DNA from: Nitrospira sp.
GTDB lineage: Bacteria; Nitrospirota; Nitrospiria; Nitrospirales; Nitrospiraceae
Reading direction: 5' to 3'
Assembly: GCA_035620635.1 (NCBI GenBank)
Contig: DASPGL010000204.1
Span: forward strand, 1-45,322
DNA length: 45,322 nt
The notes under the pieces are model-generated. The model made no database searches. It worked only from the letters and a program-made list of their open reading frames with translations, and was not told the origin of the DNA. Of this stretch, positions 1 through 9,805 are shown piece after piece (position 1 is the first letter of the stretch; each line of letters opens with the position of its first letter). The position numbers were made by a program, and so were the translations under genes.

Positions 1-45
1 GAGATGCTGAAGGAATTCCCGTTCGGCAAAGGGAGCCAGCCGTAA
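1..45 (+). CDS. 3' end of an upstream gene, probably imidazole glycerol phosphate synthase subunit HisH (partial)
   Basis: Frame 1 reads EMLKEFPFGKGSQP-stop, ending 1 nt before hisA. The 'MLKEF' end resembles the HisH C-terminal 'LLxNF'. The call rests mainly on hisH-hisA-hisF synteny. Confidence 0.4.
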   Translation, partial: EMLKEFPFGKGSQP

Positions 46-46
46 C

Positions 47-781
47 GTGCTGGTCATTCCGGCGATCGATTTGAAGGATGGGCGCTGTGTCCGTCTGCAG
101 CAGGGCGACATGGCGGCTGAGACGGTCTATTCGGAGAATGTCCCGGAGGTGGCGCGCCGGTGGCAGCAAGGCGGGGCGAGCCTGATTCACGTGGTCGATC
201 TGAACGGTGCGATCGATGGCGAGCCGAGAAATCTGCCGCAGATCGAGGCCATCCTGAAGGCGGTGAATGTGAAGGTCCAGGCGGGTGGCGGGATCAGGAC
301 GATGGAGACGGTGCGCCGCTATCTGCGCGCCGGTCTGTCGAGGGTCGTGCTCGGCACAGCTGCGCTCCATGATCGAGCGTTTCTTGCGCAGGCCTGTACG
401 GAGTTTCCGCGTCAGATTCTGCTCGGCCTGGACGCGCGCGACGGGAGAGTGGCGGTGAGGGGCTGGACGGCGGTGACGGAGACGAAGGCCATCGACCTGT
501 TGAAGGAGGTGAGCGGGCTGGCGGTCGGGGCGGTGGTCTACACGGATATTTCGCGCGACGGGATGCTCAGCGGCCCCAATATCACGGCCTTGAAGGAAGT
601 CGTGGAGTTCTCGTCATTTCCCGTGATTGCTTCCGGCGGGATCACGCGTCTGGAGGATCTGCGTGCCGTACAATCGCTCGGCCCACGAATCGAAGGTGCC
701 ATCGTAGGCAAGGCCCTGTACGACGGGAAACTGGACTACGCCGCTGCCGTGGCAGCGGTAGCCGCGCGTGGGCAAGGTTGA
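47..781 (+). CDS. hisA: ProFAR isomerase HisA
   Basis: [16 protein letters not shown]-terminus, [33 protein letters not shown] motifs; his operon context. Confidence 0.97.
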   Translation: MLVIPAIDLKDGRCVRLQQGDMAAETVYSENVPEVARRWQQGGASLIHVVDLNGAIDGEPRNLPQIEAILKAVNVKVQAGGGIRTMETVRRYLRAGLSRVVLGTAALHDRAFLAQACTEFPRQILLGLDARDGRVAVRGWTAVTETKAIDLLKEVSGLAVGAVVYTDISRDGMLSGPNITALKEVVEFSSFPVIASGGITRLEDLRAVQSLGPRIEGAIVGKALYDGKLDYAAAVAAVAARGQG

Positions 782-873
782 GGCTGAGGTTAAAGGTATG
801 CCGGAGCCCTTTTGCTGTGGAACCTCGGTATGCACAGTGCCTATCTCTCAAGCTCAACCGTAGCCTCGACCTG
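774..873. repeat. Imperfect inverted repeat built of tandem hexamers (GAGGYT / ARCCTC), REP-like
   Basis: Left arm aaggtt-gaggct-gaggtt-aaaggt (774-797); right arm aagctc-aaccgt-agcctc-gacctg (~850-873) is its approximate reverse complement. A related copy lies at 6519-6604. Confidence 0.7.
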
Positions 874-891
874 ACCCTGGCGAAGAATGAG

Positions 892-1674
892 ATGCTGACC
901 AAACGCATCATTCCCTGTCTCGATGTGAAGGACGGACGGGTCGTCAAGGGCGTGAGCTTCGTCAACCTTCGTGACGCGGGCGATCCGGTCGATGTGGCGA
1001 CGGTGTACGATCAGGAGGGGGCGGACGAGCTGTGTTTTCTGGATATTACGGCATCGCACGAGAATCGGAAGACGATCATCGACGTGGTTGAGCGGACGGC
1101 CGCGCGCGTTTTCATGCCGGTGACGGTCGGCGGCGGAGTGCAGACGCTCGACGATATTCGCAATCTGTTGAACGCCGGTGCCGACAAGGTCAGCATCAAC
1201 ACGGCGGCAGTGGAGCGACCGGAGTTCGTGAGGGAGGCCGCAGAACGGTTCGGCACGCAATGTATCGTCGTCGCCATCGACGCGAAACGGGGGACTGCCG
1301 CCAACCGCTGGGAAGTGTACACGCACGGTGGCCGGAGGCCGACCGGACTGGACGTGCTGGAGTGGGCGACGCGGATGGAGTGCTACGGGGCGGGTGAGGT
1401 CTTATTGACCAGCATGGATCAGGATGGTCAGCAGCGGGGCTATGATCTGGGGCTCACGTCCGCTGTGTCAGAACGGGTCTCGGTCCCCGTGATTGCTTCG
1501 GGCGGAGTCGGGACGTTGGAGCATCTCTACGAAGGATTCGTACAGGGGAAGGCGGACGCGGTGTTGGCAGCCTCGATCTTTCACTTCCGGACCTTTACGA
1601 TCCCGCAGGCCAAGCGGTATTTACGGGACCGCGGGGTGCCGGTACGTCTCGAGCTGGAGACGCAGGCCGCATAG
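892..1674 (+). CDS. hisF: Imidazole glycerol phosphate synthase cyclase subunit HisF
   Basis: [50 protein letters not shown]. True start is ATG 892; the ORF-track extension from 778 runs through the repeat. Confidence 0.97.
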   Translation: MLTKRIIPCLDVKDGRVVKGVSFVNLRDAGDPVDVATVYDQEGADELCFLDITASHENRKTIIDVVERTAARVFMPVTVGGGVQTLDDIRNLLNAGADKVSINTAAVERPEFVREAAERFGTQCIVVAIDAKRGTAANRWEVYTHGGRRPTGLDVLEWATRMECYGAGEVLLTSMDQDGQQRGYDLGLTSAVSERVSVPVIASGGVGTLEHLYEGFVQGKADAVLAASIFHFRTFTIPQAKRYLRDRGVPVRLELETQAA

Positions 1675-1690
1675 GGAGCGGTAGACGAAG

Positions 1691-2341
1691 ATGGAGTTCA
1701 AGTTTGACGAGCAAGGTTTGCTGCCGGCGGTGATTCAGGACTGGTTGGACGGGAGCGTCCTCATGCTCGGCTACATGAACCGTGAAGCGCTGAACCGGAC
1801 GCTGGCGACAAAGTCTGTCCACTTCTGGAGCCGTTCACGGAAGACACTCTGGGAGAAAGGAGAAACCTCCGGCAACAAGTTGCTGGTGAAGGCGTTGTTT
1901 GTCGATTGCGATCAAGACACCATCTTAGTGAAAGCGGAGCCGACGGGCCCGACCTGCCACACGGGCGAACGGGCCTGCTTTTTCTCCAGGCTCGACGGAC
2001 GGGGACATGCCGAAGCGGGAGCGTCTCCGGAGGCCTGGGGAGGCATCCTGGAGGGTGTCATACGGACGATTCGTGATCGCCGGTTACACCCTCAGCCCGG
2101 GTCGTATACGACCAAGCTGTTTGAGAGCGGTCACGACAAAATCCTCAAGAAAGTGGCGGAGGAAGCCGGTGAGGTCCTTCTGGCAGCCAAGGGTGGGAAG
2201 AAAGAGGAGATCGTTTATGAAGTCGCCGATTTGTTGTTTCACACCCTCATGGTGCTGGGATATCACGAGATCAGCCTCCAAGAGATCTACCACGAGCTGG
2301 GCAAACGGTTCGGCAAGTCCGGTCTGAGAGCCGAGAAGTAA
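1691..2341 (+). CDS. hisIE: Bifunctional phosphoribosyl-AMP cyclohydrolase / phosphoribosyl-ATP pyrophosphatase
   Basis: WSRSR..LWEKGETSGN, DCDQD, TCHTGERACF (HisI), followed by SYT..L, KKVAEEAGEV, YEVADLLFH (HisE). Confidence 0.95.
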   Translation: MEFKFDEQGLLPAVIQDWLDGSVLMLGYMNREALNRTLATKSVHFWSRSRKTLWEKGETSGNKLLVKALFVDCDQDTILVKAEPTGPTCHTGERACFFSRLDGRGHAEAGASPEAWGGILEGVIRTIRDRRLHPQPGSYTTKLFESGHDKILKKVAEEAGEVLLAAKGGKKEEIVYEVADLLFHTLMVLGYHEISLQEIYHELGKRFGKSGLRAEK

Positions 2342-2351
2342 GGAGCCGGCG

Positions 2352-2696
2352 ATGAGCGAGTGTCTCTTCTGCAACATCGTAGAGAAGAAAATTCCGGCCA
2401 AGATCGTTCACGAAGACGACCAGACTCTCGCCTTCGACGATATCAACCCTCAGGCGCCGGTGCATACGCTGGTGATTCCAAGGAAGCACCTGGCAGGCGT
2501 GCAGATCTGTGGACCGGAGGATCAGTCCCTACTGGGCCGGCTGCTCCTGACCTGTTCGAAGGTGGCGGAACAAAAAGGGCTGTCCGAATCCGGGTACCGC
2601 ATCGTTGCCAATACGGGCCGGGACGGCGGCCAGACCGTGTTCCACCTGCATTTCCATGTGATGGGCGGGCGTCATATGGGCTGGCCCCCCGGATGA
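2352..2696 (+). CDS. Histidine triad (HIT) nucleotide-binding protein, HinT-like
   Basis: CLFC N-terminus, FDDINPQAPVH, GQTVFHLHFHVMGG (HxHxH); RBS aaggag. Confidence 0.93.
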   Translation: MSECLFCNIVEKKIPAKIVHEDDQTLAFDDINPQAPVHTLVIPRKHLAGVQICGPEDQSLLGRLLLTCSKVAEQKGLSESGYRIVANTGRDGGQTVFHLHFHVMGGRHMGWPPG

Positions 2697-2711
2697 GTGA
2701 GGCCATCCGAA

Positions 2712-2741
2712 TTGACAGATTTTCCGGCCGTCTGTTAGTCT
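2712..2741 (+). promoter_or_regulatory. Putative sigma70 promoter for dnaG-rpoD
   Basis: TTGACA (2712-2717), 18-bp spacer, then TAGTCT (2736-2741) preceded by TG (extended -10). Confidence 0.5.
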
Positions 2742-2819
2742 GGCCGGTCAATTAATCCGATCACTTAGCAACCGACTCGTCCGGTCGTGCGCGACGGGAA
2801 TGTAGGAGCTGCGACTCTC

Positions 2820-4634
2820 GTGGGCCGAGGCCTGATTTCCAAGGACGTCATCGACCGGATCAGAGATCGGATCGATATCGTCGAGATCGTCAGCCAACAC
2901 GTCGCTCTTACCAAGGCCGGTCAAGGCTTCAAAGCCCGCTGCCCGTTCCATCAGGACAAGACCCCCTCGTTTACCGTCAGCCCTTCCAAGCAGATCTTCC
3001 ATTGTTTCGGCTGTGGAGTCGGGGGAGACGTCTTTGCGTTTGTCGAGCGGACGACGGGGGAGAGTTTTCCCGACGTGGTGCAGGAACTCGGGAGGCGGGT
3101 GGGGATCGAAGTGGCCGCGGCGCCGGGACAGAGCGATCCGCAGGCTTCGCCGTCGAGGCGACTCGAACAAGTGAACCGGGCCGCCGCCGCCTGGTTTCAG
3201 CACAACCTGCGCGATGCCGACCGCGGCACCGGTGCGCGGGAGTATCTGGCGGCGCGAGGGATCGGGCAGATGATGATCGATCAGTTCGGGATTGGCGTCG
3301 CGCCCACGGACTGGGACGGCTTGCTCAAAACGCTCACCCGGCAGGGGTTTACGCCGGGCGAGTTGCTCGGGGCCGGACTGCTTTCGGCGCGGGACAAGGG
3401 AACCGGGTACTACGACAAGTTTCGCGCGCGCGTCATGTTCACGATTACCGATTTGCGAAAGCGGGTGGTGGGATTCGGGGGCCGGGTCCTGGGCGAGGGG
3501 CTACCCAAGTATCTCAATTCACCCGATACCCCTCTGTTCAAGAAAGGCCAGACACTCTTTGCCTTCGATCGAGCGCGCGAAGCCATTGGCCGGACCAAGA
3601 CGGCGGTTGTCGTCGAAGGATACTTCGATGCGATCGCCCTGCATCAAGCCGGGATCACGCACACGGTGGCCACGCTGGGCACGGCGTTGACCTCCGAGCA
3701 TGTACAGGTGCTCCGGCGATTCGCCGCCAACGTGGTGCTGCTCTTCGATCCTGATGCCGCCGGTGTGCGGGCCGCTTTGCGGGGTCTGGAACTCTTTGTC
3801 AACAGCGGATTGGGCGTGAAAGTGGTGACCTTGCCGGCGGGAGAAGACCCCGATACCTTTGTCCGGAAGGAAGGGGCCGGTGCGTTTGCGGAATTGGAAG
3901 CCAAAGCGCCGAGCCTCCTGGACTACGCCCTCGACCACAGCATGAAGCAGGCGGAGTCCGGCTCGCTGGAAACGCGCATCCGGAGCGTGGATGACGTTCT
4001 GCGCATTCTGCAGAAGAGTGAACACCCCATCGAAAGGGAAGAACGCATCCGTCTCGTGGCGGAACGGTTGGGCCTCAATCAATCGCGCCTGATCGAGCGG
4101 TACCCGGTGCTCGTCAACCAGCAGAAACAGGGAGCCGGTGCACCACGATCGGCGGGGGCGCTCGGTCCTGCCGTCTCTCCGTTAAAGGGAGCGCCGGAAG
4201 AGCGCGACCTCATGATGCTGATGCTGCAGGGGAAATTATCGTCGGCCGACGTTCGTCGGCTCCGGGCGGACCACTTCTCGGTTCAGGCCTGTCGTCGGCT
4301 GGTGGAACTGGCCCTCATCAGCCTCGATCGAGACGGTCGCATCAGTGTTCGCGCCCTCCTGGATGCGGCCGTGAACGATCCCGATTGCGGCGCGGTGGCC
4401 ACCGAATTGTCGCTGCGGGACGATCATTTCGACGACGTACCGGCGCACATCAAAGCCTGTTTGGAGCGTCTGGAACGGAAGCAGGCTGAGGCCGCCCTCC
4501 GGGATCTCATTGCGCGCATCAAGACGGCCGAGCGCGAAGGACGGGCGGAGGATGCGCGCCGGTTGAATGTGCAGGTCAATGAGTTGCGGTTGAGGAAAGC
4601 CGGGGTCCCGACGACCGGCCTGGTTTCATCGTGA
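2820..4634 (+). CDS. dnaG: DNA primase
   Basis: CHC2 zinc finger [42 protein letters not shown] 2820 follows AGGAG; the ORF track starts at 2787. Confidence 0.96.
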   Translation: MGRGLISKDVIDRIRDRIDIVEIVSQHVALTKAGQGFKARCPFHQDKTPSFTVSPSKQIFHCFGCGVGGDVFAFVERTTGESFPDVVQELGRRVGIEVAAAPGQSDPQASPSRRLEQVNRAAAAWFQHNLRDADRGTGAREYLAARGIGQMMIDQFGIGVAPTDWDGLLKTLTRQGFTPGELLGAGLLSARDKGTGYYDKFRARVMFTITDLRKRVVGFGGRVLGEGLPKYLNSPDTPLFKKGQTLFAFDRAREAIGRTKTAVVVEGYFDAIALHQAGITHTVATLGTALTSEHVQVLRRFAANVVLLFDPDAAGVRAALRGLELFVNSGLGVKVVTLPAGEDPDTFVRKEGAGAFAELEAKAPSLLDYALDHSMKQAESGSLETRIRSVDDVLRILQKSEHPIEREERIRLVAERLGLNQSRLIERYPVLVNQQKQGAGAPRSAGALGPAVSPLKGAPEERDLMMLMLQGKLSSADVRRLRADHFSVQACRRLVELALISLDRDGRISVRALLDAAVNDPDCGAVATELSLRDDHFDDVPAHIKACLERLERKQAEAALRDLIARIKTAEREGRAEDARRLNVQVNELRLRKAGVPTTGLVSS

Positions 4635-4644
4635 AGGAGTAGTC

Positions 4645-6462
4645 ATGCCGAAACAAGAATTGCTCGGTGAGGTGAAAAAGTTGATTACGATCGGGAAGGA
4701 AAAAGGCTTCCTGACCTATGACGAACTCAACAACACCTTGCCGGCTGAAGTGGTGTCCTCGGACCAGTTTGGCAGCATCATGACGATGTTCGGCGAGCTG
4801 GACATCGAGATCGTCGACGCGCCGGAGGGAGATCGGCTCAGAAAACGGCCCGAGGTCGGTGATACCGGTGAGGACGTTGAGGACGCGGAGGCGGAATCCG
4901 AGGAGGAGAACGAAAAGCCGATCGATCTGACCCCGGGGGCACTCAGTCGCACGGATGACCCTGTGCGGCTCTACCTGAAGGAAATGGGCAGCGTGGCGCT
5001 GCTCAGCCGCGAAGGCGAAATCGAAATCGCCAAGCGGATCGAGGAGGGCAAGAAGGATATTGCGTCGGTGATCTATGGCATGCCGATGACGATCGAGTTC
5101 GTCCTGGCCCTGAGGGACCAACTCAAGAATGCCAAGATCGACGTGCGCGAGATCGTGCCGGTGCAGGAGACGGAAGAAGAATTCGAAGAAGACCAGCAGC
5201 CGGTCGAGCGGGATTATGAAGAGCTTCGCGTCAAGACGCTGGAGACCTTGAACACGGTTCGGAAGGCATCCCTGACACTGAAAGCATTGTCGGAGAAGGG
5301 CAAACACATCGGCAATGACCCGGCGAAGCAGAAGAAATTCAAGAAGCAGTTTGATGCGGTGCGCCAGCAGGTCGTGGACCGGATCGAGTCGGTCAACCTT
5401 CACGGAGTGCTCAAAGAGCGCATGGTGCAGCGGGTCCGTGATCTTGCGGTCCAGATCCGAGCGGCTGAGCGCGAGGCGACGAACTGTCAGCGGCGGATCG
5501 GTGTCGGCGGGGAGGCGGGGGCGGAACTGCTCAGAAAGATGTGCCGGAGCCGGCAGGACTTCCTGGCCGTCAAGCGGAAAACGGGGGTGTCGGAAGAGGC
5601 CTTGCTGGAGATTCGCAGGGTGTATCAAGCCGCCAAAGCCAAGGTGCGCCAGCTGGAAAGCGAGGAGGCGCTCGTTCCCGCCGAGGAAATCAAGGATGCG
5701 GTGAAGCATCTCGACGTTGCGGAGGAGAAGGTCAAGCGCGGCAAGGCTGAACTGGTCGAAGCCAATCTGCGGCTCGTGGTGAGCATTGCCAAGAAGTACA
5801 CGAACCGGGGCCTGCAATTCCTCGACTTGATTCAAGAGGGCAACATCGGTCTGATGAAGGCGGTGGACAAGTTCGAGTACAAGCGAGGCTATAAATTCAG
5901 CACCTATGCCACTTGGTGGATCCGGCAGGCCATTACGCGGGCGATCGCCGACCAGGCACGCACGATCCGGATTCCGGTCCATATGATTGAAACGATCAAC
6001 AAGCTCATTCGCACCTCCCGGCATCTGGTCCAGAAATTGGGGCGCGAACCGCTGCCCGAGGAAATTGCCGAACGCATGGATCTGCCGCTGGACAAGGTCA
6101 GGAAGATTCTCAAGATCGCGCGTGAGCCGATTTCGCTGGAAACGCCGATTGGCGAGGAAGAGGACAGTCATCTGGGTGATTTCATCGAAGACAAGAAGGC
6201 CGTATCTCCGCTGGAAGCCGCCATCCGATATGATCTGCAACGGCAGATCAACAGCGCGCTCGAAACGCTCACCCCGCGTGAGGAAAAAGTCTTGCGCAAA
6301 CGGTTCGGTATCGGAGAAGCCACCGACCATACACTGGAGGAAGTGGGACAGGATTTCGAAGTGACGCGCGAGCGGATCCGGCAGATCGAAGCCAAAGCCT
6401 TGAGGAAACTGCGGCATCCGAGCCGTAGCAAAAAGCTCCGGAGTTTTGTGGACAGCCTCTAG
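4645..6462 (+). CDS. rpoD: RNA polymerase primary sigma factor sigma70
   Basis: Region 1.1 ([12 protein letters not shown]), [52 protein letters not shown]; RBS aaggag. Confidence 0.98.
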   Translation: MPKQELLGEVKKLITIGKEKGFLTYDELNNTLPAEVVSSDQFGSIMTMFGELDIEIVDAPEGDRLRKRPEVGDTGEDVEDAEAESEEENEKPIDLTPGALSRTDDPVRLYLKEMGSVALLSREGEIEIAKRIEEGKKDIASVIYGMPMTIEFVLALRDQLKNAKIDVREIVPVQETEEEFEEDQQPVERDYEELRVKTLETLNTVRKASLTLKALSEKGKHIGNDPAKQKKFKKQFDAVRQQVVDRIESVNLHGVLKERMVQRVRDLAVQIRAAEREATNCQRRIGVGGEAGAELLRKMCRSRQDFLAVKRKTGVSEEALLEIRRVYQAAKAKVRQLESEEALVPAEEIKDAVKHLDVAEEKVKRGKAELVEANLRLVVSIAKKYTNRGLQFLDLIQEGNIGLMKAVDKFEYKRGYKFSTYATWWIRQAITRAIADQARTIRIPVHMIETINKLIRTSRHLVQKLGREPLPEEIAERMDLPLDKVRKILKIAREPISLETPIGEEEDSHLGDFIEDKKAVSPLEAAIRYDLQRQINSALETLTPREEKVLRKRFGIGEATDHTLEEVGQDFEVTRERIRQIEAKALRKLRHPSRSKKLRSFVDSL

Positions 6463-6483
6463 CGACCCGGCCAGCGCCTCGAT

Positions 6484-6512
6484 TTGACTCCATCCGTAGG
6501 GGGGCCTAGAAT
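6484..6512 (+). promoter_or_regulatory. sigma70 promoter for the tRNA (and probably the zinc-ribbon gene)
   Basis: TTGACT (6484-6489), 17 bp, TAGAAT (6507-6512). Confidence 0.7.
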
Positions 6513-6518
6513 CAGCCT

Positions 6519-6604
6519 CAGGTCGAGGCTAAAGGTAAGGCTGAGGCCGACGGCAGCGAGCAAACAGGGTCCTACGCTCGACCTCAACCTGAGCCTCCAC
6601 CTCA
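6519..6604. repeat. Hexamer-repeat inverted repeat (second copy) in the tRNA leader
   Basis: caggtc-gaggct-aaaggt-aaggct-gaggcc ... gctc-gacctc-aacctg-agcctc-cacctc; same unit as 774-873. Confidence 0.72.
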
Positions 6605-6618
6605 TCCGTTCTGCTTCG

Positions 6619-6695
6619 GGGCCCATAGCTCAGGTGGTTAGAGCGGCTGACTCATAATCAGCTGGTCCTAGGTTCAAGTCCTAGTGGGCCCACCA
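6619..6695 (+). tRNA. tRNA with CAT anticodon, most likely tRNA-Ile2 (lysidine-modified)
   Basis: Acceptor stem GGGCCCA/TGGGCCC, D-arm GCTCAGGTGGTTAGAGC, anticodon arm GCTGA-CTCATAA-TCAGC, T-loop GGTTCAAGTCC, encoded ACCA. The paired G1-C72 excludes fMet. Sequence style and position after rpoD match ileX-type tRNAs. Confidence 0.9.
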
Positions 6696-6756
6696 GGCCG
6701 GATGCGCGCCTGGGGCGTTTCCGGTGGCGGGGTTCCTGACGGACCGAAAGGGTACG

Positions 6757-7530
6757 TTGAATCAGAAGCTGTCTCCACTCGTCGAACTGCAAAAGCTCGA
6801 TCTCCGCATCATGGAGGTCGATGACATCCGCAAGAAGATTCCCGACCGTCTCCGCACCGCCGAAGCGCCTCTGCGCGAGGCCACACGCCTGCTGAATGAC
6901 ACGAACACCGCCGTCGAGGCGGCGGTCAAAGAGCGGCGTTCGCATGAGAAGGATCTGGAGGCGCACGAGGCACAGACGGACAAGATGAAGTCGCGCCTCT
7001 CCGAGTTGAAAACCAACAAGGAGTACCAGGCCCATCTCTTTGAGATCGAGCTGGCCAACAAGAAGCGCGGAGACTTTGAAGAAAAGATTCTCGTCTGGAT
7101 GGAGAAGATCGATCAGTTACAGCGAACGGTGAGAGAAACACAGGAACAGATCAAGGCGCTGGAGGCGGTGTTTGCGAAGGAGAAGACGCTGCTGGACGAA
7201 CAGGATCGCTCACTGGCTCAAGAATCGGCTCAACTGGAAGGGCGGCGGCGTGAGGTCTCGGCGCGGGTGGAGCAGGGTCTTCTGGAACGCTACAACCAGA
7301 TCAAAGCGGGACGGAAAGACCAGCCCCTGGCTGCGGTCCGCGGCGGCATCTGCGCCGGGTGCCGGCTGCAGATTCCTCCTCAGCTCATCGCCGAGGTCAA
7401 ACGCTCCGAGGATCTGCACGTCTGTCCCTATTGCCGGCGGATGTTGTACTGGGAAGGAGAGCCGGTGGCGGAAGCTCCCTCCGCGCCCGGCGGCAAGTCA
7501 GCCGATCTTGAAGTCGGGGAATCGGTCTAA
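6757..7530 (+). CDS. Coiled-coil plus C4-type zinc-ribbon protein (DUF164/CT398-like)
   Basis: L..LQKLD N-terminus, long coiled coil, KTNKEYQA, C-terminal CAGC..CPYC. The start (TTG 6757 vs GTG 6724) is uncertain. Confidence 0.85.
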   Translation: MNQKLSPLVELQKLDLRIMEVDDIRKKIPDRLRTAEAPLREATRLLNDTNTAVEAAVKERRSHEKDLEAHEAQTDKMKSRLSELKTNKEYQAHLFEIELANKKRGDFEEKILVWMEKIDQLQRTVRETQEQIKALEAVFAKEKTLLDEQDRSLAQESAQLEGRRREVSARVEQGLLERYNQIKAGRKDQPLAAVRGGICAGCRLQIPPQLIAEVKRSEDLHVCPYCRRMLYWEGEPVAEAPSAPGGKSADLEVGESV

Positions 7531-8189
7531 GCGAGTCCTGCCAGCACGGCCTGGGTGGTCTTGAAGTGCAGTTTGGCCACCGTGCCCAGTCGTTCCTTCC
7601 CATGTTTCTTGATCACCATGCGGGCCGCGAGTTCCACGGCAGGTGAGGCGCCTTTGGGCAGCGTGGTACCCACTTCCTCGGAGAGCCGCTTCATCCGCAG
7701 CAGGAATTCGGCGCGTGCCAGGATGGATGCGGCGGCGACGGCCAAGTCCGATTCCGCTTTGGCCCGTTGCTCCAGGACGATCTTCCGTCCCTTTTCTTGA
7801 AGCGCATTCAGAATCAATCGCTCGTCCCCGAACTGATCGGCAATCGCACGTGTGCAGGAGACCTGTTCGAGCAGCGTCTCCAGCGCTTTGGCATGGCCCC
7901 AGGCTAGGAGCCGGTTGAGGTTGCGGATCTTGGCGTAGAGATCGTTGTATTTGTTCGGACCGATGGCAATGATGCTATGGGGGCAGATCGTCTTGATGTC
8001 CGGCGCCATTTCCAGAATCCGTCCGTCTGAAATCTTCTTGCTGTCGCGGACCTGCATCAAGGCGAGTTCCCCCTGCGTTGTCGCGTCCACGAACACGGCG
8101 GCGATGACGAGGGGGCCGAAGTAGTCACCCTTCCCGGACTCGTCGATGCCGATGCGTTCGATGGACTTTTCCGAGTGGCGCGTAATCAC
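7527..8189 (-). CDS. rnhC: Ribonuclease HIII (catalytic domain only)
   Basis: IGIDESGKGDYFGPLV, VRDSKK, DQF, KAES..AVAAASILAR, LPKGA, KLHFKT are RNase HIII-type motifs. RBS GGGGAG before the GTG start. Confidence 0.88.
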   Translation of the reverse strand: MITRHSEKSIERIGIDESGKGDYFGPLVIAAVFVDATTQGELALMQVRDSKKISDGRILEMAPDIKTICPHSIIAIGPNKYNDLYAKIRNLNRLLAWGHAKALETLLEQVSCTRAIADQFGDERLILNALQEKGRKIVLEQRAKAESDLAVAAASILARAEFLLRMKRLSEEVGTTLPKGASPAVELAARMVIKKHGKERLGTVAKLHFKTTQAVLAGLA

Positions 8190-8307
8190 GGCTGGTTCTC
8201 CCCGTAGAAAAATTACGAAGGGCGCGGTAATCTACCCAATCGGACGGCGGGCGGTCAATTTTTTCATTGGCGCCGGCGGGACACGCATGATGAGTGGAGG
8301 ATGGATC

Positions 8308-9177
8308 ATGGGAACTGTTCAGGCAAAAAGGCGCGCGCGCATGATCGTTGGTGCGTTGGTGCTATCGTTGGGGATCGTCGGGTGCCAATCCAATCCCTAC
8401 ACCGGCCGATCGCAATTGCTGATGACGTCCGTCGGAGAAGAAATGCAGATGGGGGCTCAGGCGTATGATCAGATCAAAAGCGATCCGAACATGAAACCCT
8501 CGCAAGACCCGCGTGAGATCGAGCCGGTCAAACGGGTGGCGGCCCGCATTATCGAAGCGGCCAAGCGATCGAAGTATGCCGAGATGGCCAAACAATTCCA
8601 ATGGGAAGTGACGGTCATCAAGGACGATAAAACCGCCAACGCGTTCGCGTTGCCGGGCGGGAAGATGGCGGTGTACACCGGTATCTTCCCGGTGGCGAAA
8701 ACAGAGGCCGGCCTGGCGGCCGTGATGGGGCATGAAGTGATCCATGCGCTGGCGCGCCATGGGGCCGAGCGCATGAGCCAGGGTGCGCTCACGAATGCCG
8801 CGCTCCAAGTTGCCGGGGCGGCGGTCGGTGCCACAGGAGGAAACCCCCTGCTCGGCCAGGCGACCATGGCGGCTCTCGGAGTTGGAGCGCAGGTCGGGGT
8901 GTTATTGCCCTTCAGCCGGAAACATGAATCCGAGGCCGACTATGTCGGCATCCTGCTGGCTGCCGATGCCGGATATGACCCTCGTGAATCCATTGCGCTC
9001 TGGGAACGGATGGCGCAGTTGTCCAGTGGCGGCGGACCGAGTGAGTTTTTGTCTACCCATCCGAGTCACGACACCAGAATCGACCAACTGAAGTCCTGGA
9101 TGCCGGAAGCCATGGCCATTTATCAGAAAAAGCCCCCTGTGCCTGCTGCGCTTCTGCCGACTGTCGGAACTCGGTAG
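8308..9177 (+). CDS. M48-family zinc metallopeptidase lipoprotein (LoiP/Oma1-like)
   Basis: Lipobox-like IVGC after a hydrophobic stretch; NAFALPGG; GHEVIH (HExxH); FSRKHESEAD; FLSTHP; GGAGG 7 nt before ATG 8308. Confidence 0.9.
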   Translation: MGTVQAKRRARMIVGALVLSLGIVGCQSNPYTGRSQLLMTSVGEEMQMGAQAYDQIKSDPNMKPSQDPREIEPVKRVAARIIEAAKRSKYAEMAKQFQWEVTVIKDDKTANAFALPGGKMAVYTGIFPVAKTEAGLAAVMGHEVIHALARHGAERMSQGALTNAALQVAGAAVGATGGNPLLGQATMAALGVGAQVGVLLPFSRKHESEADYVGILLAADAGYDPRESIALWERMAQLSSGGGPSEFLSTHPSHDTRIDQLKSWMPEAMAIYQKKPPVPAALLPTVGTR

Positions 9178-9243
9178 TTGATCCGTGTCCCGCGTAACCC
9201 TGGGCTGCGGCAATCGGTCGGAGCTGAGATGCGCGGTGTCTTC

Positions 9244-9273
9244 TTGTCACCGCCTGCCGGCATCCTTTATAGT
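9244..9273 (+). promoter_or_regulatory. Putative sigma70 promoter of rnpB
   Basis: TTGTCA (9244-9249), 18 bp, TATAGT (9268-9273), just upstream of the RNA 5' helix. Confidence 0.55.
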
Positions 9274-9285
9274 AACCCGTGCGTG

Positions 9286-9712
9286 GGTGCGAAGACCGGA
9301 TGATCGCTCGATGCCTCCGGCATCGGGAGGAAAGTCCGGACTCCAGGGGCAGGGCGCTGGGTAACTCCCAGGCGGAGCAATCCGACACCGGCACCACAGA
9401 AATCAAACCGCCGATGGCCAGGGCAACGGGATCCCATCTGGTTGCTGCGGCTCAGGTAAGGGTGAAACGGTGGGGTAAGAGCCCACCGCGGTGATGGTGA
9501 CATCACCGGCACGGTAAGCGTCGCCCGGTGCAAGGCCAAATAGGAAGACAGGCGCGGGGCTCGTCATGAATCCTGCGCGCCGACTGGCCCGGTCGAGGTC
9601 TTCGGGTAGGTCGCTTGAGGTTCGAGGTAACTCGAATCCCAGAGAAATGATCATCGCCGTCCGAGAGGATATTTCGGACGAGCACAGAATCCGGCTTATA
9701 GGTCTTCGCACC
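9286..9712 (+). ncRNA. rnpB: RNase P RNA (bacterial type A)
   Basis: GAGGAAAGTCCGGACTCC, GGGTGAAACGGTGGGGTAAGAGCCCACCG, AGAGAAATGAT, ACAGAATCCGGCTTA; P1 helix GGTGCGAAGACC/GGTCTTCGCACC. Confidence 0.96.
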
Positions 9713-9776
9713 TGCGCACTATTTTCCCGGCGAATGACGGGGCGCTTTCGAGAAGCGCCTCTGCGGGGAGATCCTA

Positions 9777-9805
9777 TTGACGCTGCCGGAGCATGGTGAT
9801 AGGAT
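9777..9805 (+). promoter_or_regulatory. Putative sigma70 promoter of the ilv operon
   Basis: TTGACG (9777-9782), 17 bp, TAGGAT (9800-9805), with TG at the extended -10 position. Confidence 0.6.

Noticed and set aside
778-891. 38-aa N-terminal extension of HisF
   Set aside because: It is a translation of the hexamer repeat ([13 protein letters not shown]); HisF homology begins at MLTKRII (892).
4576-6417. 613-aa antisense ORF opposite rpoD
   Set aside because: Shadow ORF caused by high-GC codon bias on the sense strand; no recognisable motifs.
6619-6695. tRNA as an integration site for a prophage or island
   Set aside because: No integrase and no duplicated tRNA 3' end seen in the window.
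9267-9799. Several short ORFs on both strands
   Set aside because: They overlap the RNase P RNA.
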